Positions 39,662-56,698 of a stretch of DNA of 64,000 bases are shown here, piece by piece. The notes beneath the pieces were generated by a model. It was not told where the DNA came from. It made no database searches and worked only from the letters and a program-made list of their open reading frames with translations. Every line of letters begins with the position of its first letter. The first letter of the stretch is position 1. The translations under genes were made by a program, and so were the position numbers. Where the stretch lies: positions 1 through 64,000 of the forward strand of contig CT868296.1 in assembly GCA_000165425.1 (NCBI GenBank), in the 5' to 3' direction. This stretch comes from Paramecium tetraurelia (lineage: Eukaryota).

Positions 39662-40970
39662 TTAAAATCATGTACTTAATGTATATATTAATGAAATTTG
39701 ATCACCATGAATTTTAAATTTCTAAACTGTGATCGTTAACTATAAGAATTAAGAATTAAAGTCTAATTTTAAATAAATTTTATAATAAAATGAATATATA
39801 ATTCAGTATTGTGAACCAATTCTTGAATTTCAATACCTTTATTCCAAACTCCACATTAAATTAATTGTGATAGATTTTATAACTCATTATATCGCAATAA
39901 TTATCTAAAATAAATAATTCGTAAATGTGTAAACTTATTAACTTTGAGATAATAGAAAGAAAGAATATTTAAAATGACTTTGAATGAATTCTTACAAATA
40001 CAAGTGTATTTTATTTGTTTGAAAAGTATAAGATTTTCGAAAGTTAGCTCATCACATGGATTGTAATTCTTTAGATTTTGAATCTTAAGTTCTAATTTTA
40101 GTTATATTTAACAATTGTATTGCTTAACTCTAAATCTCTGCTTTATTTTTAATCTAAATCATCTTTGTATTTATGAAGTTTTAGATTAAGCCTATTAAAT
40201 AGTATGAAACATAAGTACCAATTCGTTAGACTTCTTTTAATTGTTCTAATAAAAGAAATTTTATGGAATCTATTTAATTTATAATGACTAACAACAATTT
40301 AATAAAGAGGGAATATAAAAAAAACTCTGAAAAAATTATCTAATAAAAAGATCCCCTTTATTTATCTCTATAAAATCATTTAAATTTTCATTTCTTATTA
40401 ATATCAATACTCAAGTAAACAACAATAAATATTTTGTAACAGTTTAAAAGAGTAGTAATTAACTCATAAAATTAAGCAATTTACCTTTTTCTTCGATATC
40501 CTAATTAGAAACAGGAGGTTAATAACTTACTAATAATCCATCTAACTATTTCTATGCTATTTAATTAGATGCTAATTCTAGTAAATAAAATTTTATATTT
40601 GTAAGATATTTAAGAAAATACTAAATGCAAAGCGTTTAAACTCTAGGATGTAAACAATTTTAATATAAAAGTTTTTGAATATGAAAAAAGAGTAAAAATT
40701 ATTTCAATGATGAATTATGATTAGTAATTCTATTTGCATACTTTAAAAAGTAAAAAATAATTTTAGAAATAAAATTGATGCAAATGACATTAAGTAAAAA
40801 TTTCTAAGAAACTGAAATCTAAATCAAATAATTAAGAATTCAGCAAGCCTTCAAATGATGATATTTGAAATCGACTAATCCATAAAATTCCAATTTTCAT
40901 ACATAATTCATTTAACTCTTGAATTTATAAGTGTTTTAGTTGATTTTATTTTTATTTAAATTTTAAATAT

Positions 40971-44874
<3,904 letters not shown>

Positions 44875-44949
44875 ATTATTCTATGTTGTTACTTAATTAT
44901 ATTCATTCTAACCAATGCATTATTATATTATATAAAGAATTTAATTAAT

Positions 44950-46763
44950 TCATTGTTTTTACAGTGTAGGAGTATTGCACTCTTTTATTTTTAATGTACT
45001 ATCTGGTATCCTTATTTGTCTAGTGGAGTTGTATTATCTCACCATTGCTCCTATATTGCAATTTTCAGCTGTAGGATCATCATTACTATCTTATTTACTG
45101 CTAGCCATATGTTTAAGTTGACTGTTAGTAAGGGCAAGTCTATGTAAATCCTTTTACTTTTTTGGTTCCTGTTTCTATGGTATATCTATATACTAGAGAA
45201 GTAATTTACCAGTAATCTCTCTTGAATTTTGCTTTGATAGTTTAGCACTATATTAACAAAATTTTGATGCTCCAACCACGATAGAGGATTTCCTTTGGTC
45301 TTGTCTTGTTATAGAGACATTTGAGGATATTGAATCAGAGGAGTTGAAGTTTAAGGGAGATCTCTATTCAATTTCTTAAGTTCCTATTTTAACAGCATTC
45401 TTAAATTCTGAATATCCTTGGAGATTCTTTTAATATTTCTCTGTTTATCTGTTGTATTCCTTAGCCAATTCTTTGAAATAAGGATGTTTTAAACACTTAT
45501 CATATTATACAAAATACTTCTTCTGAACTCAATCTCAAAGAAGGTTTCTTCATGAGCATTGATTATACTAGATCTTGCATTTAGATTGGAGCCAGTTTAA
45601 ATTATTGATCCTTAAAATCCACTTCACATTATTTATTATTCTTTAGGATAGATTTCTAATCAATCCCTGCAAATGGAGTATTGCCAGTCTAATGATATAA
45701 TATTATATAATACAATCAAAAGATACAAGATTATCCCTGCACTAAAGACATCACATTTATCACAATAGAAATCCAATCCATCTATGTATTCAAGGATTTC
45801 AGGAGCGACAAAGCCTGGTGTACCACATCTTTTGAATAAGGGTTCTTCATTGAGACTGGTGGCTAATCCAAAGTCAGCCAAAACGATTTCATAATTATTG
45901 TCTCTTGACTTCAACAGCAGGTTCTCAGGCTTCAAATCTCTATGAATCAGATTATTTTCATGCATGTGTCTCAATGCACTTATCAAATTGAAGGCCAGTT
46001 TCTACATAGTCTCAGCAGGCAGGAAACCTTTTCAATTGTAGATTATAAATTCATACCTGTTTCACGCACTCGTTATAATAATTCTCCTCCTTATATCATG
46101 TCCAAAACAAAGTAAATTGAATTAGTTGTTTCATGAACTTCATGCAATTTTACAATGTTTGGATGGTTCAATTTTCTCATTACTTTTATCTCATTTAATA
46201 GACTCTCAATTCCCTTTGATTGTTGAGACATATAGCTTTTGCTGAATGCCTTTATTGCATATTAGTTATTATTTTCTTTTTTTGTCGCTGAATACACTTT
46301 TGCAAAACTGCCTTTGCCAATCATTTTTGATACTGAAAAAGCATCATGAAAATTATTCATAATGCACTTCAATCGAAAGTGAGACTTCCAAACTTCATAG
46401 TTCGTTTTATCCGAAGTAAAAATCTCGAGACTCTTACCTTGATAGGAAAGTCTAAATCCATATAATGTCTCATCTGAATTGAGTTATACAAAATGATCTG
46501 AAGATGGATCTATAAATTAAACATGCATAGTAAGAAGGGGTGCTATTTTGAGTTACATTACTGAGACTTTAAACAATGAGGTTTCACTCATCAAAAGAAA
46601 TTTTTTTTTGATTCTTTATTTAGAACCAACTAGAAATTCAGACTCTATTAGATCAGGTTGTTCCTTTATAGATTATAACATGCAATACATCAAGCAAACA
46701 TTTATCACAAAGATGCCAAAAACTTGAAATTGTCTTACCAAAATCAAAAATGGATTATTACAT
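44950..46763 (-). CDS. Ser/Thr protein kinase (CAMK-like) with PH-like N-terminus
   Basis: GKGSFAKV, AIK, HRDLKPEN, DFG, CGTPGFVAPE, DVFSAG; several tiny introns. Confidence 0.93.
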
Positions 46764-47151
46764 TAACTCAATTATATAATTAATACACCTTATTTTTATT
46801 TAACATCTTTCAATTCCCTTTAGTTATCATTTGGATACTGTGGAATTACACTCAAATTTCATTTGCATCTAGATATTATACTCTAATAAAATCACAATTA
46901 CTATTGAGGAAATAAGGGTTATGAATTCTTTCTTTGAATTGTATTATATATTATTGTAAGTTTATCCATGAGAGATGAAAATATAATATATAATAAATGT
47001 AAAATTTATAATTCTTATAATTCATTGAAATTCAAACCAATAAAAAGTCTAAGGAATTTAACTATTCTGGTATTAGTGAACCAATCATTTTTCTTATGAA
47101 TAACTAGTATGAGACATGAGAATTTTATATTATAAAAAAATTATCGTTTTA

Positions 47152-47866
47152 ATGAATAATAGCTTTTCAGCAGAAGGGCAAACTTATTAAGTTAGGACTG
47201 TAACAACTTCTTAGAATGTTTAAAGAACTAGTAATGGGGAATTCCAAGATGCTGTTTAAAGATATGAATTACGAAGATCGTCGAAACCTAGATAAACTTA
47301 AAATAATCAATAAACAACTGTAATTACTTCTAACTACGTTTAATTGGATAACGAGGGGAAGAATAATAATTATGACTTGGAAGCTTCAAGATAATCTTAG
47401 AGAGTGTTGGAGAAATACCAGGTGAATAGCTAGAATAGTCATTACGAAGTGAATAGATAGAGTGTTAAGGAAGTTATGGACAAATACAGGAGAGGAAGAG
47501 GTAAGACTGATTGAGTTTATGTAGGAACAACTACATCCTAATTATAAACGACAGAGGTGAAGTACTCTGCTGTTCCCCAACCTCAATATGAGCACTTTCA
47601 GTAGAAAGAAACTATTTTTGAAGGCAGAAATAGCAGGTATGTAGAGGAATAGGAGTATTCACAAGAAAAACAAGTGGCAATAAATTATAATACTATTTAA
47701 AGTATTTTATTTAAATATTGAAGCAAAATAATAGGTGTATGAGGTAGATTATGAATAAATAAAGGAAGATTGTCAAATCAGTGACATTTACAGGAGACCC
47801 GAGAGAGAAGATGATGAATAAGTGGACTTATTAGACAGTGATTATGTTTCTTGCAATATGTTTTGA
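47152..47866 (+). CDS. Hypothetical low-complexity protein
   Basis: MNNSFSAEGQTYQVRTVTTSQNVQR... to DYVSCNMF-TGA; intron positions uncertain. Confidence 0.55.
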
Positions 47867-47888
47867 AATTAAAATATTATTATTAATA

Positions 47889-48921
47889 ATGAACGATTAA
47901 ACAATTAAAATACTTTAAATTACAGCTTGTTCATTGTCATTGATAGGGTCTCTCTTTATCGTCGTGGTTTATTTTAAAATGGGAATGAGAAACAACTTTG
48001 CCTTAAAATTGATAATGTGCTTGACAATAAGTGATATCATATTTTCTCTCTCCAATTTGATGTACATTGATCCAGGTAAATAGTATTTTACTATAAGGAT
48101 GCACGCCCAATTATTAAATCCTTTGCACTATTCAAGGATTCCTCATTCAATATTCTTCAATTGCCTGCTTCATATTTTGCTTCTTATTATGTTTATGCAT
48201 CTTTTGGACGGTGATTAGAAATAGAGCAAATCTGAGCTAATATCAAAGATGTTTTTAGATAATAGGATTCTGCATTCCCATTCTATTTGCTCTAATTCCT
48301 GCTATAACAAATTCATATAATACCCAAATATATGTTTGTGGAATATCAAACGATGATGTTGATTTATGTCATAATAAATCAGATAAGTCCTCATAAATTG
48401 TGATGGTAGAGTCAATATTATTATTCTATGTGCCCTTGTGGTTGATGAATATTGTGGGGATATCATTTATCATTAGAGTAAGTGTTTTTATGACAAAATT
48501 AAGAACGTAATCAGAATTAAATAATAGATCACGGAGTTCAGATCAATAAGAAATACAATTATAAACACAATAAGAATATGAGTTGAAACTATCCTAAAGG
48601 ATTACTTAGAATATGTTATTATATCCAATAATAATGTTGATTTGCTACAGTGGAATGACTGTGTATGCAATAGGCAAATTATGTAATTCAGAGATAGTGA
48701 TTTTGAGAGGACTAAGATTTATAATGGCTGATTGTCTGGGGTTGTGTAATTCTATAGCATACGGATACAATGCCATTATAATATTGAGACTGCAGAAAAT
48801 GATGTCTCAACAACAAACCTTGCCCATGATGCAATTTCGACAAGGTTCTAATGATTCTGATGTTAATAGAAAATAATTTGAATCATTTCTTTCCATAGCA
48901 ACTATTTATAATGATTAATGA
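47889..48921 (+). CDS. 7-TM receptor of the cAMP-receptor-like (Dicty_CAR/GCR1-like) GPCR class
   Basis: TM1 ACSLSLIGSLFIV, TM2 LIMCLTISD, CTIQGFL, CGI loop, LLYPIIMLICY, GLCNSIAYGY. Confidence 0.8.
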
Positions 48922-48937
48922 ATAATTAATGATATTC

Positions 48938-49329
48938 TCAGAAAGGATTAAATTTTTGATGATGTGATCTGCATTGCGATGGAGATCGAGTTCGAATCAC
49001 GAGAGACATCTATTTAAAGATCTTCTCTTGTTTCTTCATGTCTGATTTCATCATAATTTCCTTGTTTGTTTCTATAAATTACAAATATAAACGATGTTCC
49101 TTTTGGGTCCAATGACCTTGCATAAGATAATCATATTACCATTATTGTATGTTTTCCTTGCAGTCTTACGTCTTGTTTTCTTGATCGGCACCTAAGGTTT
49201 TAGATTGTCAGCAAGTTCTTTAACAGACTCGATGGTTGATTTAGATTCAATAGGTTATTCACTAGGATTGGAACAAAAATAATACTCTAAACCTTCCTCT
49301 ATTTTTATCTGGTTGAGCTGATTTGCCAT
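48938..49329 (-). CDS. Small Myb/SANT protein (SHAQKY-like, here SHHQKF)
   Basis: NNGHWTQKEHRLYLQFI...IFKQMSLVIRTRSPSQCRSHHQKF; one 23-nt intron. Absent from the supplied ORF track. Confidence 0.88.
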
Positions 49330-49572
49330 TATTTGTTGATAACGCAAATTCTCAAGAAATAGATATTGGATATAAGAATTATAGACATTGTAAAGTTATT
49401 ATTCAATCTAATAAGCTCAAATTTTACCCACTTCTAAGCTTTGATTTGACATCATGGATTCAAAAGATTTCAGAATTACCTTCCGGAGGAAAAAAAAGAA
49501 AAAATAAATGTTTTTCAATTATTTACACTACAAAAGTAATAAATTAAATATACATAAAGATACATTTATTGA

Positions 49573-52500
49573 TCATTTCCTACAAACTTTATTTACTACA
49601 ATTTACGAGTTGGTAAAGCTGGACTTTTTCATATGATAATGCATCAAATAATTCGACACACTCTCTATCATCGGAGGGTCTATGGAATTGATATTACTCT
49701 CCACCCACTTTTGAGTTAGAGTTCCCAAAATGCCCTTGAGTTTCTCTGGCTATTTGACCTTTTCCATCTTAACATATGTGATATTTATTAGGCTAATCAC
49801 TTTCGAAAATGAACATTGAATTCGCACTGGGTTTAATTTTTGAATATACTTCATCTTTTATATTATAACTAAATTCGTACCTTCTTGGCCAATTAAACGA
49901 ACTCATTCTAAAATTTCAAATTGCCATTGCTACCACACCATAGAACTTACTTATTCTCCAACAGAATCATCGTGGATGTTCTACCACAACAAATCTATTG
50001 GGTCTCATATTTTAATTACACCAAATTCTATCTATCTTAAAAATCTCCCAATCCCAATTGACCTTACTGATTCCAACCGCACACAAAAGCCTTCCCATTA
50101 CAACATTAAATGCTTAGATGTTTCAAACCACAACTAATTAAATTTGCTTTGTAAGGAATTTTAATTTAAATTAATTACTCCCGAAATACAGTATCTCCCA
50201 AACCCAATTGACCATGTTCATTGGTTCCCTTCACCAAGACTTACCCTTGATTATTGAGCAATGCAATAAAATTGAATCCAATCGATAATTAAGAAATGGG
50301 AGAATTAGTTGCTATGTTTTATATCACGTGATCACTCTCCCAATATTACACCTATCCAGAATTAGTAATTATGTAAGTTCTATCGAATCTGCACTATAAG
50401 TATTTTATTGGCTATATGTCAACATAACTGATGGTACCACATTGAGCACCCCAAATAATCAGTTTGCCATCTTGACATTTAACATAGCTATTGAAATCAG
50501 TACATTCTATTTAATCCATTATTACATTCAGACTAAGTTACTAGGGTTATTGTGGAATATCACTTAATCTCCCCTATCCTAATTGACCTTCATTGTTCAA
50601 TCCCCAACTATATAACTTATTTGTACTCGTCGATGCAATACTGTGGAAACTACCTACTCTTACACTTTATATGATATTTTCATTTTTATAGCATTGTTAA
50701 AATAATTGTTTATAATTTGATGAGAAAGATGGCTAATAACAACCAACATCAGACAATATTTCTAAATCCACTATGATATCAAATAATTATCCTTTATCAC
50801 GAAATTAATCATCTTCTTAATTTAATATTTAATCAAAACTCATCGAATTCATATTATTACCATACAAATCATTTTCTTCAATCCTTAAAGTTTCATTTAG
50901 TTATTCCTCTAAGGGCTTCAAAAATTATTCTTTTTTGATACTCTTTGCCCTTTATTTAATCAAATATCTTCGAATTAATTTCTATATCTTATTTGTACTA
51001 ATTCTTATTTATTTAAATGTCTATGACAACCATTTCATCTTCACAAATCCTTGTATCTTAAAAGCCGCCTTATTCAATTTTCTTATGTGTTCTCTTACTT
51101 GTACTCCCTTAATCCACTTTTATATTCTAATTGCTGCCAATTCATTTCTTTTGTTTATCCTAGCCTATTTGGATCTAACAACCACATTCTTATGAATCCT
51201 TCTAACCCTTGCTCCTCTAAAGAAACTCTATATTACCAATACTTTTTTCAATCTAATCTATTACCAACTGTTCTCTATTATTAAATTAATATTGAATTTC
51301 ACCAACACTAATTTTCTTATTCTCTTAAAAAATAGCCATTTCCTTATCTATCTTTGGATGAAAATAATTTGTTTCATTATTACATCAAAATTGTTAATTG
51401 CCTATAATCTGTACACATACTGCAATATCTTATCCAATTAATTCTAGTACAACTTCATCTTCGATTGTCGTAATTGATAGTAATAGAGATTCTGAAATGC
51501 CTTTAGAGCCTTACTCCAATTGCATAACTTAATCTTTTGATAATGACCGTGTATTCTCTTCAAATTCTTTTTGATCAAGTACTTATGCCAATTATACTGA
51601 ATTTTTAATGCAATTTTGCTCTTTTTTGCCATGATCTCTGCAAATACTTACTAGATTATATCCATGCCTTCAATTCTAATGAATATTCTTTTCTATCCAA
51701 ATAGAACTAATTCAGGTCCAAGTTTTGGATAGTATTATTGGAACATTTACAAGTTAAGTTCTCTAAAATCAGCATTTTATTATTCTAGGACATTAAATAA
51801 AGGATTAGAGGTCATTTCACCAAATTATTTATAAAATTGTTTGTGCAATCTTCTAAATGGATAGTTCTATTTTCTAACTTTTAAACTATCTAAAACACCT
51901 AAATATCTTATTTATTGTAATGCATAATCATCCTCCAATATTTGAGGTTTCTTAAGATCATTTGGTTTAATACATCTAACAAAATGAACATCACATTTAT
52001 TGGTTAATTCTTTCATTAGATCATTCATCTAAGTTCTAATTTTCTTAGATAAACTTTTGTCTTTCTTAGTAACTGTTTAAGTTTATTTTTCTTCAACAGC
52101 AAAAAGCTTTGAAATCAAAGGATTACCACTCTATTAACTATAAAATGCTGTTAACACACTGATTTCATCCACATTTTTTTCTCTAAATCCAGAAATCAAA
52201 TATTCAACATTTCTGGCAGTATGAACAATAATGAAAGATTAAGTAGATGGCATTTTAGGTTGTAAGACATATTTTGGATCCTTCTACTTTTTTCTGATAT
52301 TGCTTATCAATAAATCATCATCTCCACCTACTTAACATACTTCATCCAAGATATCAAAAATGCCCAAGGGAGGTTTGTCCATGCAATCTATCAATGCTTA
52401 ATTATCTTTATATTTGATATGCTAACAAAATTTATCAAGTCCTTCCTCTTTAAATACAATTTCCTCTCCTTTAAATACATATTATATATATAACTAATGC

Positions 52501-53787
52501 AATCTCTCATTCGTATAGTTGATTATCAGTTACTCAAATCCATTTTTATCAAAGACTTCAAATCCATAGATATCTAACAATCCAATGTAGGTATTATTGT
52601 TATTTGTATCGATTTCCTCTTCTGGTAAGATATTCTGATTCAATTTTTAAACAAGCCAATTGAATAATCGTTCAAATAACTCTTTAGCCCATGAGTCTCT
52701 ATTTTAGATACACTAATTGTAGGAAACAGGAGAGATAATCTTCTATTTATTTATAATTCTTTGTTTGAGTATGAGGGCTTCACTTATTTCTTTGATACTC
52801 AATTGTAATAGCTTTGACAAGTATTCCAACTTATTCTCAGTGACAATTTAACAAGGAACATCATCAGTTAGAGTGGCCTCGTTGAATTGCAGATCTCCTA
52901 AATGCAATACGGCTGCTACTATTTAATGGATGTTCGACTTATCTGATTCCAAACCTAATAAATTATAGGACTGAATGACTTCATCATAGAGTTTCTTATC
53001 ATCGATTCCATCAACATCCTGGATAGTATTAATGTATGAGACCTTGTTTAATTGGATGGGTTAATCATTTTCACTTAAGAACAATTACTATAATTCATTA
53101 ATAGGCATTCCCTTTAAAATATGATAGAAGATATGGAAATTCCTCTCACCCTTTCCTTGCAAACAGATTCTACTCTTCTCCAGTAAATAATTGTATATCT
53201 GAGCTCCTTTGATTTTCTTGTCGTTCTTCGAGATATAAATTTTAGTATATTTGCCGAATCTACTTGAGTTATTGTTTCTCAGTGTCTTGGCATTGCCATA
53301 TGCTTCCAAGATTGGATTGCATGATAGGATCTATGATAGGATTGAATAGAGATACTCGATCTTCAATGGCGAATTTATTGATACTATTTTTTTTCTCTTG
53401 TGATTGCCTTGGAGTATCGAATTTGACACTGGTGATTAGATTCATGCATGACTTTGCATTTTCTGTTTTGCCTGCTCCGCTCTCACCAGATATGATGATT
53501 GCTTAATTTTTTTAATTTTCAAATAAACTCTTAATTGCTTCAGCACCTATTGCATACATATGTGGAGGTTGACTGCTCCTATTTTCCTTATTGATGGCCT
53601 GTTAAATATATTTGTTCTTAATTTCCATATTGATAAGGTGAGGACATGCCTCAAATGGATTAATGACCAACAATGTGGGTCCGACGTATGTGAATATTTT
53701 TTTTTATTAATATCTCTTTTTCAGATTAATCAATAACTCTTGATCATTTATGACTTCCATATCAACCATATCATCAAAACTCTCCAT
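49573..53787 (-). CDS. Unconventional myosin with IQ motifs and RCC1-repeat tail
   Basis: [47 protein letters not shown]-like [12 protein letters not shown]1 repeats such as [20 protein letters not shown]. Confidence 0.93.
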
Positions 53788-53821
53788 TTTTGAAAATAAT
53801 ATATAATAAACACATTATTAA

Positions 53822-54787
53822 TCACTAGTCTGTAACAATCGAATAAAGAGCCTCTCCAATATGATCAATAATCTTAGGAGTGGTCAATGAATAATGCTCC
53901 TTATTAGATGCCAAGTTAGCAGCTCTTCTAGTCACTACACTACCTAAAATGCATCCCTCTATCTTATCTACTTCCTATTCCTACGACCAGTAAGAATAGA
54001 GTCCAATCAACCCACTCAAAATATCACCCTGACCTCCACATCTCTTTTGAGAACCTTATAAATTAACTGCATATCCCACCTTCCCATTAGTTATAATATC
54101 GTTCTGTCCCTTAGATACAATTATGACATTGTTTAATTTCCTACTCAATTCAGCAATTAACCCTGGATATCCATTCTCAATTCCAATTTATTTATAGTTT
54201 ACATCCTGATCATTTATTACATTAAGTGAATCATAATCAGGCTTTATGTATTGAATATCAAAATATTCTAATAATCTCTTTACTTCCATTGCATTCGGAG
54301 TCAATATAAATTGATCGCTCTTCTCTTAGATGATTGCAATCAATTTATTCGGCTTCTAAGAGATATGCCACAATGCATCTGCATCCAATATTTTGATACT
54401 ATTATTTTTTTGGAATAGATTTTCCAACATCCTGCCTGTTATCTGTTCCCTTCCCAATCCTGGACCTATTACTAATGAATGCATTATCGAAGTAGAGGAC
54501 ACCAATTTATTAACAGCATTCTCTAGCAATACATATTCTCCCTCCTCTAATAAATAAGGATAGACAATGCATTCTGGACTATAACTCTTTATAGGAATGG
54601 CTGCTGATTTAGTACAAAAGATATATGCTAAATCTCCTCCTCCTTTCAATGCGGAAATGGCTGCATAATAGGGAGCACCTGTGTATTCGAATGATCCACC
54701 TATGCTGGCTATCTTGCCATTCTAACCTTTATGGCGTGTCTTATCCAGGAGTGGGATTATCTTAGAGAATGATTTTTATTTAAACAT
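53822..54787 (-). CDS. NAXD: ATP-dependent (S)-NAD(P)H-hydrate dehydratase (YjeF C-terminal / CARKD)
   Basis: HKGQNGKIASIGGSFEYTGAPYYAA, VIGPGLGR, ILDADAL, LTPNAME, GSQKRCGGQGDILSG. Confidence 0.93.
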
Positions 54788-54840
54788 ATTTTAAAATGTG
54801 GATGATTAAAACTTATCGTACCATTTTATAGATAATTATA

Positions 54841-55309
54841 TCAATCTCCACTAGCACAACCTCTGCATCCACACTATTTACATTGTACCAATTTCCCTTC
54901 CTCTAATTTCGCTTTAGGAACCCTACAAATACAGGTTCCACCAAAGTTATGCTGCGATTTAGATATGCAATGCAAACAACACAGTTTTTCATATCCGGTT
55001 TTCTTCCATTTGGCTATTAATGTTGCATCCCCATACTACTCTTATAAACAGAATTCATATAATTCTCTGGTTATCTCCTTTTTGTAATAGTACATTTCGT
55101 ATATATAACGAGATCTTTATATTTATATGAATAATGTACCTCTGATGATGCAATTTGTAAATCTCCCAAAATTATTCTGGTTTCTTCTTATCACTGTATG
55201 CTTGATTCTCTACATCTCGTATTTGATTTCCAATTTCTGTGATTGTTGGTTCAATTAAATCCCATCCCTCAGGTGCTTTCTTAGTTCGAATAGTTTTAAT
55301 TTTAGGCAT
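54841..55309 (-). CDS. BUD31: Spliceosomal protein BUD31 / G10
   Basis: [22 protein letters not shown]...[18 protein letters not shown]...CICRVPK...[13 protein letters not shown]; one intron near 55110-55139. Confidence 0.96.
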
Positions 55310-55347
55310 TTATATATTAATATATTTATATATATGAAAGTGTAAAT

Positions 55348-56343
55348 TCAAAAGTAGTCATGATTTTAGTCACCTAATGCTTCATATAACATTTCTGTCA
55401 TATTCTAAGTGGGACTATTGAATTCAATTTGTAATTTTGGTTATTTCTTAATTGTGGTTGAATTCCTAAAACTTGGATAGTCACTTGTCTATTTATCAAT
55501 ATCAATTGATTATGATAATGCTGATGAACAATTTCTTTATCTGGAATATTCATGACAAGATAGATTTAGATCTCTTTGATTAAAATTTCGAATCTTCTCC
55601 ATTAATTCTAAATTAACAGAAACTTATAAAATGTCCTTATTCAAAGTACTTTATACTCTCTTCGAACGATCTAAATGATCAAATTAATTAAATACCATTA
55701 ATCTTGGGTTTGAAAGAAGGAGTTGCGTCAGTCTTGAGTCTCTGGATTCTCTCCTTCTTCTTGTCCTCATTCTTATTCATCCTCTAGAAGAAATCTGTTT
55801 GATTGGTTGTTTTAATGATCTTTTACGATACTTTATTGACCATTGGCTTAAACAAATTCTCTTGGCTTATTTAAATCATGGAAGACTCCTTCAATCTATC
55901 GATATGATCAGCCTTAATCTATTAATAATTAATACTTTTTATTACATCCATTTCATTCCTTATTAATACAAGTCATTCTTCTAAGTGTTCTAACTTTTAG
56001 GCTTAAGGATTTTTGGATGAAATGTTGCTTCTTGAATCTCTTCCTATAACTTCCTTTGAATCTACTTCTCCTTCGATTGTTACAATCGCTCATTTTTTAA
56101 TTTTAATTATGATTATTATCTCTCATAAAATTAAATGTGATCTGATTAACTATGTGTTCTCATTAATTAAGGTGATGGACTATGTTATTTTTATCTAGCT
56201 CTTCTTTAATCTTCATCGATCTGAAATCTTGTCAACTATTCCTAAAATTTCACTTTTGTGGTATTTTCAGTCATTATTGATTTCAAATGTTTATCCAACA
56301 TTTAGAGTAATACCTTCCTTGTATTTCTATTTCTCAAATCCAT
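55348..56343 (-). CDS. Hypothetical protein with TF.P.I repeats
   Basis: MDLRNRNTRKVLLQML...EATFHPKI..DLYQQG..NLFKPMV..TPSFKPKI; one intron near 55919-55935. Confidence 0.7.
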
Positions 56344-56450
56344 TACTGTAATTTTATTATTAATTTTTATTATTACTAAATTTTAATTCTCAATTTTAAG
56401 TAGATATACCAATTTCAATTGTAATAAATATATAAACAAAAATGTAAAAA

Positions 56451-56618
56451 TCAGACAGTTTAGGTTATAGTAATTTCAGGGTTTGGTTAATCGATAAAAA
56501 GCATTCTACAAATTGATCTTATTGATTAATCATCGATTCTTGTAAACTTTAACTACTTTTTAGGAGCTTCAGGACACGACAATTTCTTTGTTTTTGGAGT
56601 TAACAAACAATTATTCAT
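56451..56618 (-). CDS. 55-aa micro-protein with SIAMESE/CDK-inhibitor-like motifs
   Basis: MNNCLLTPKTKKLSCPEAPKKQLKFTRIDDQSIRSICRMLFIDQPNPEITITQTV-TGA: a clean ATG..TGA frame filling the gap between two genes. Confidence 0.7.
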
Positions 56619-56667
56619 TTATTTTAATTATGAAGAAGAATTATAAAAAAATATAATTTATAAATTA

Positions 56668-56690
56668 GTGGCGCATGGAATTTACCGCCT
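56668..56690 (-). promoter_or_regulatory. E2F-like element(s) upstream of the micro-ORF
   Basis: GTGGCGC and TTTACCGCC (minus strand GGCGGTAAA) form an isolated GC island in an otherwise almost pure-AT spacer 50-70 nt upstream of the ATG. Confidence 0.35.
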
Positions 56691-56698
56691 TATAAATA

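Noticed and set aside
39950..40900. Possible gene in a 1-kb gap
   Set aside because: No continuous frame or recognisable motif on inspection; left unannotated.
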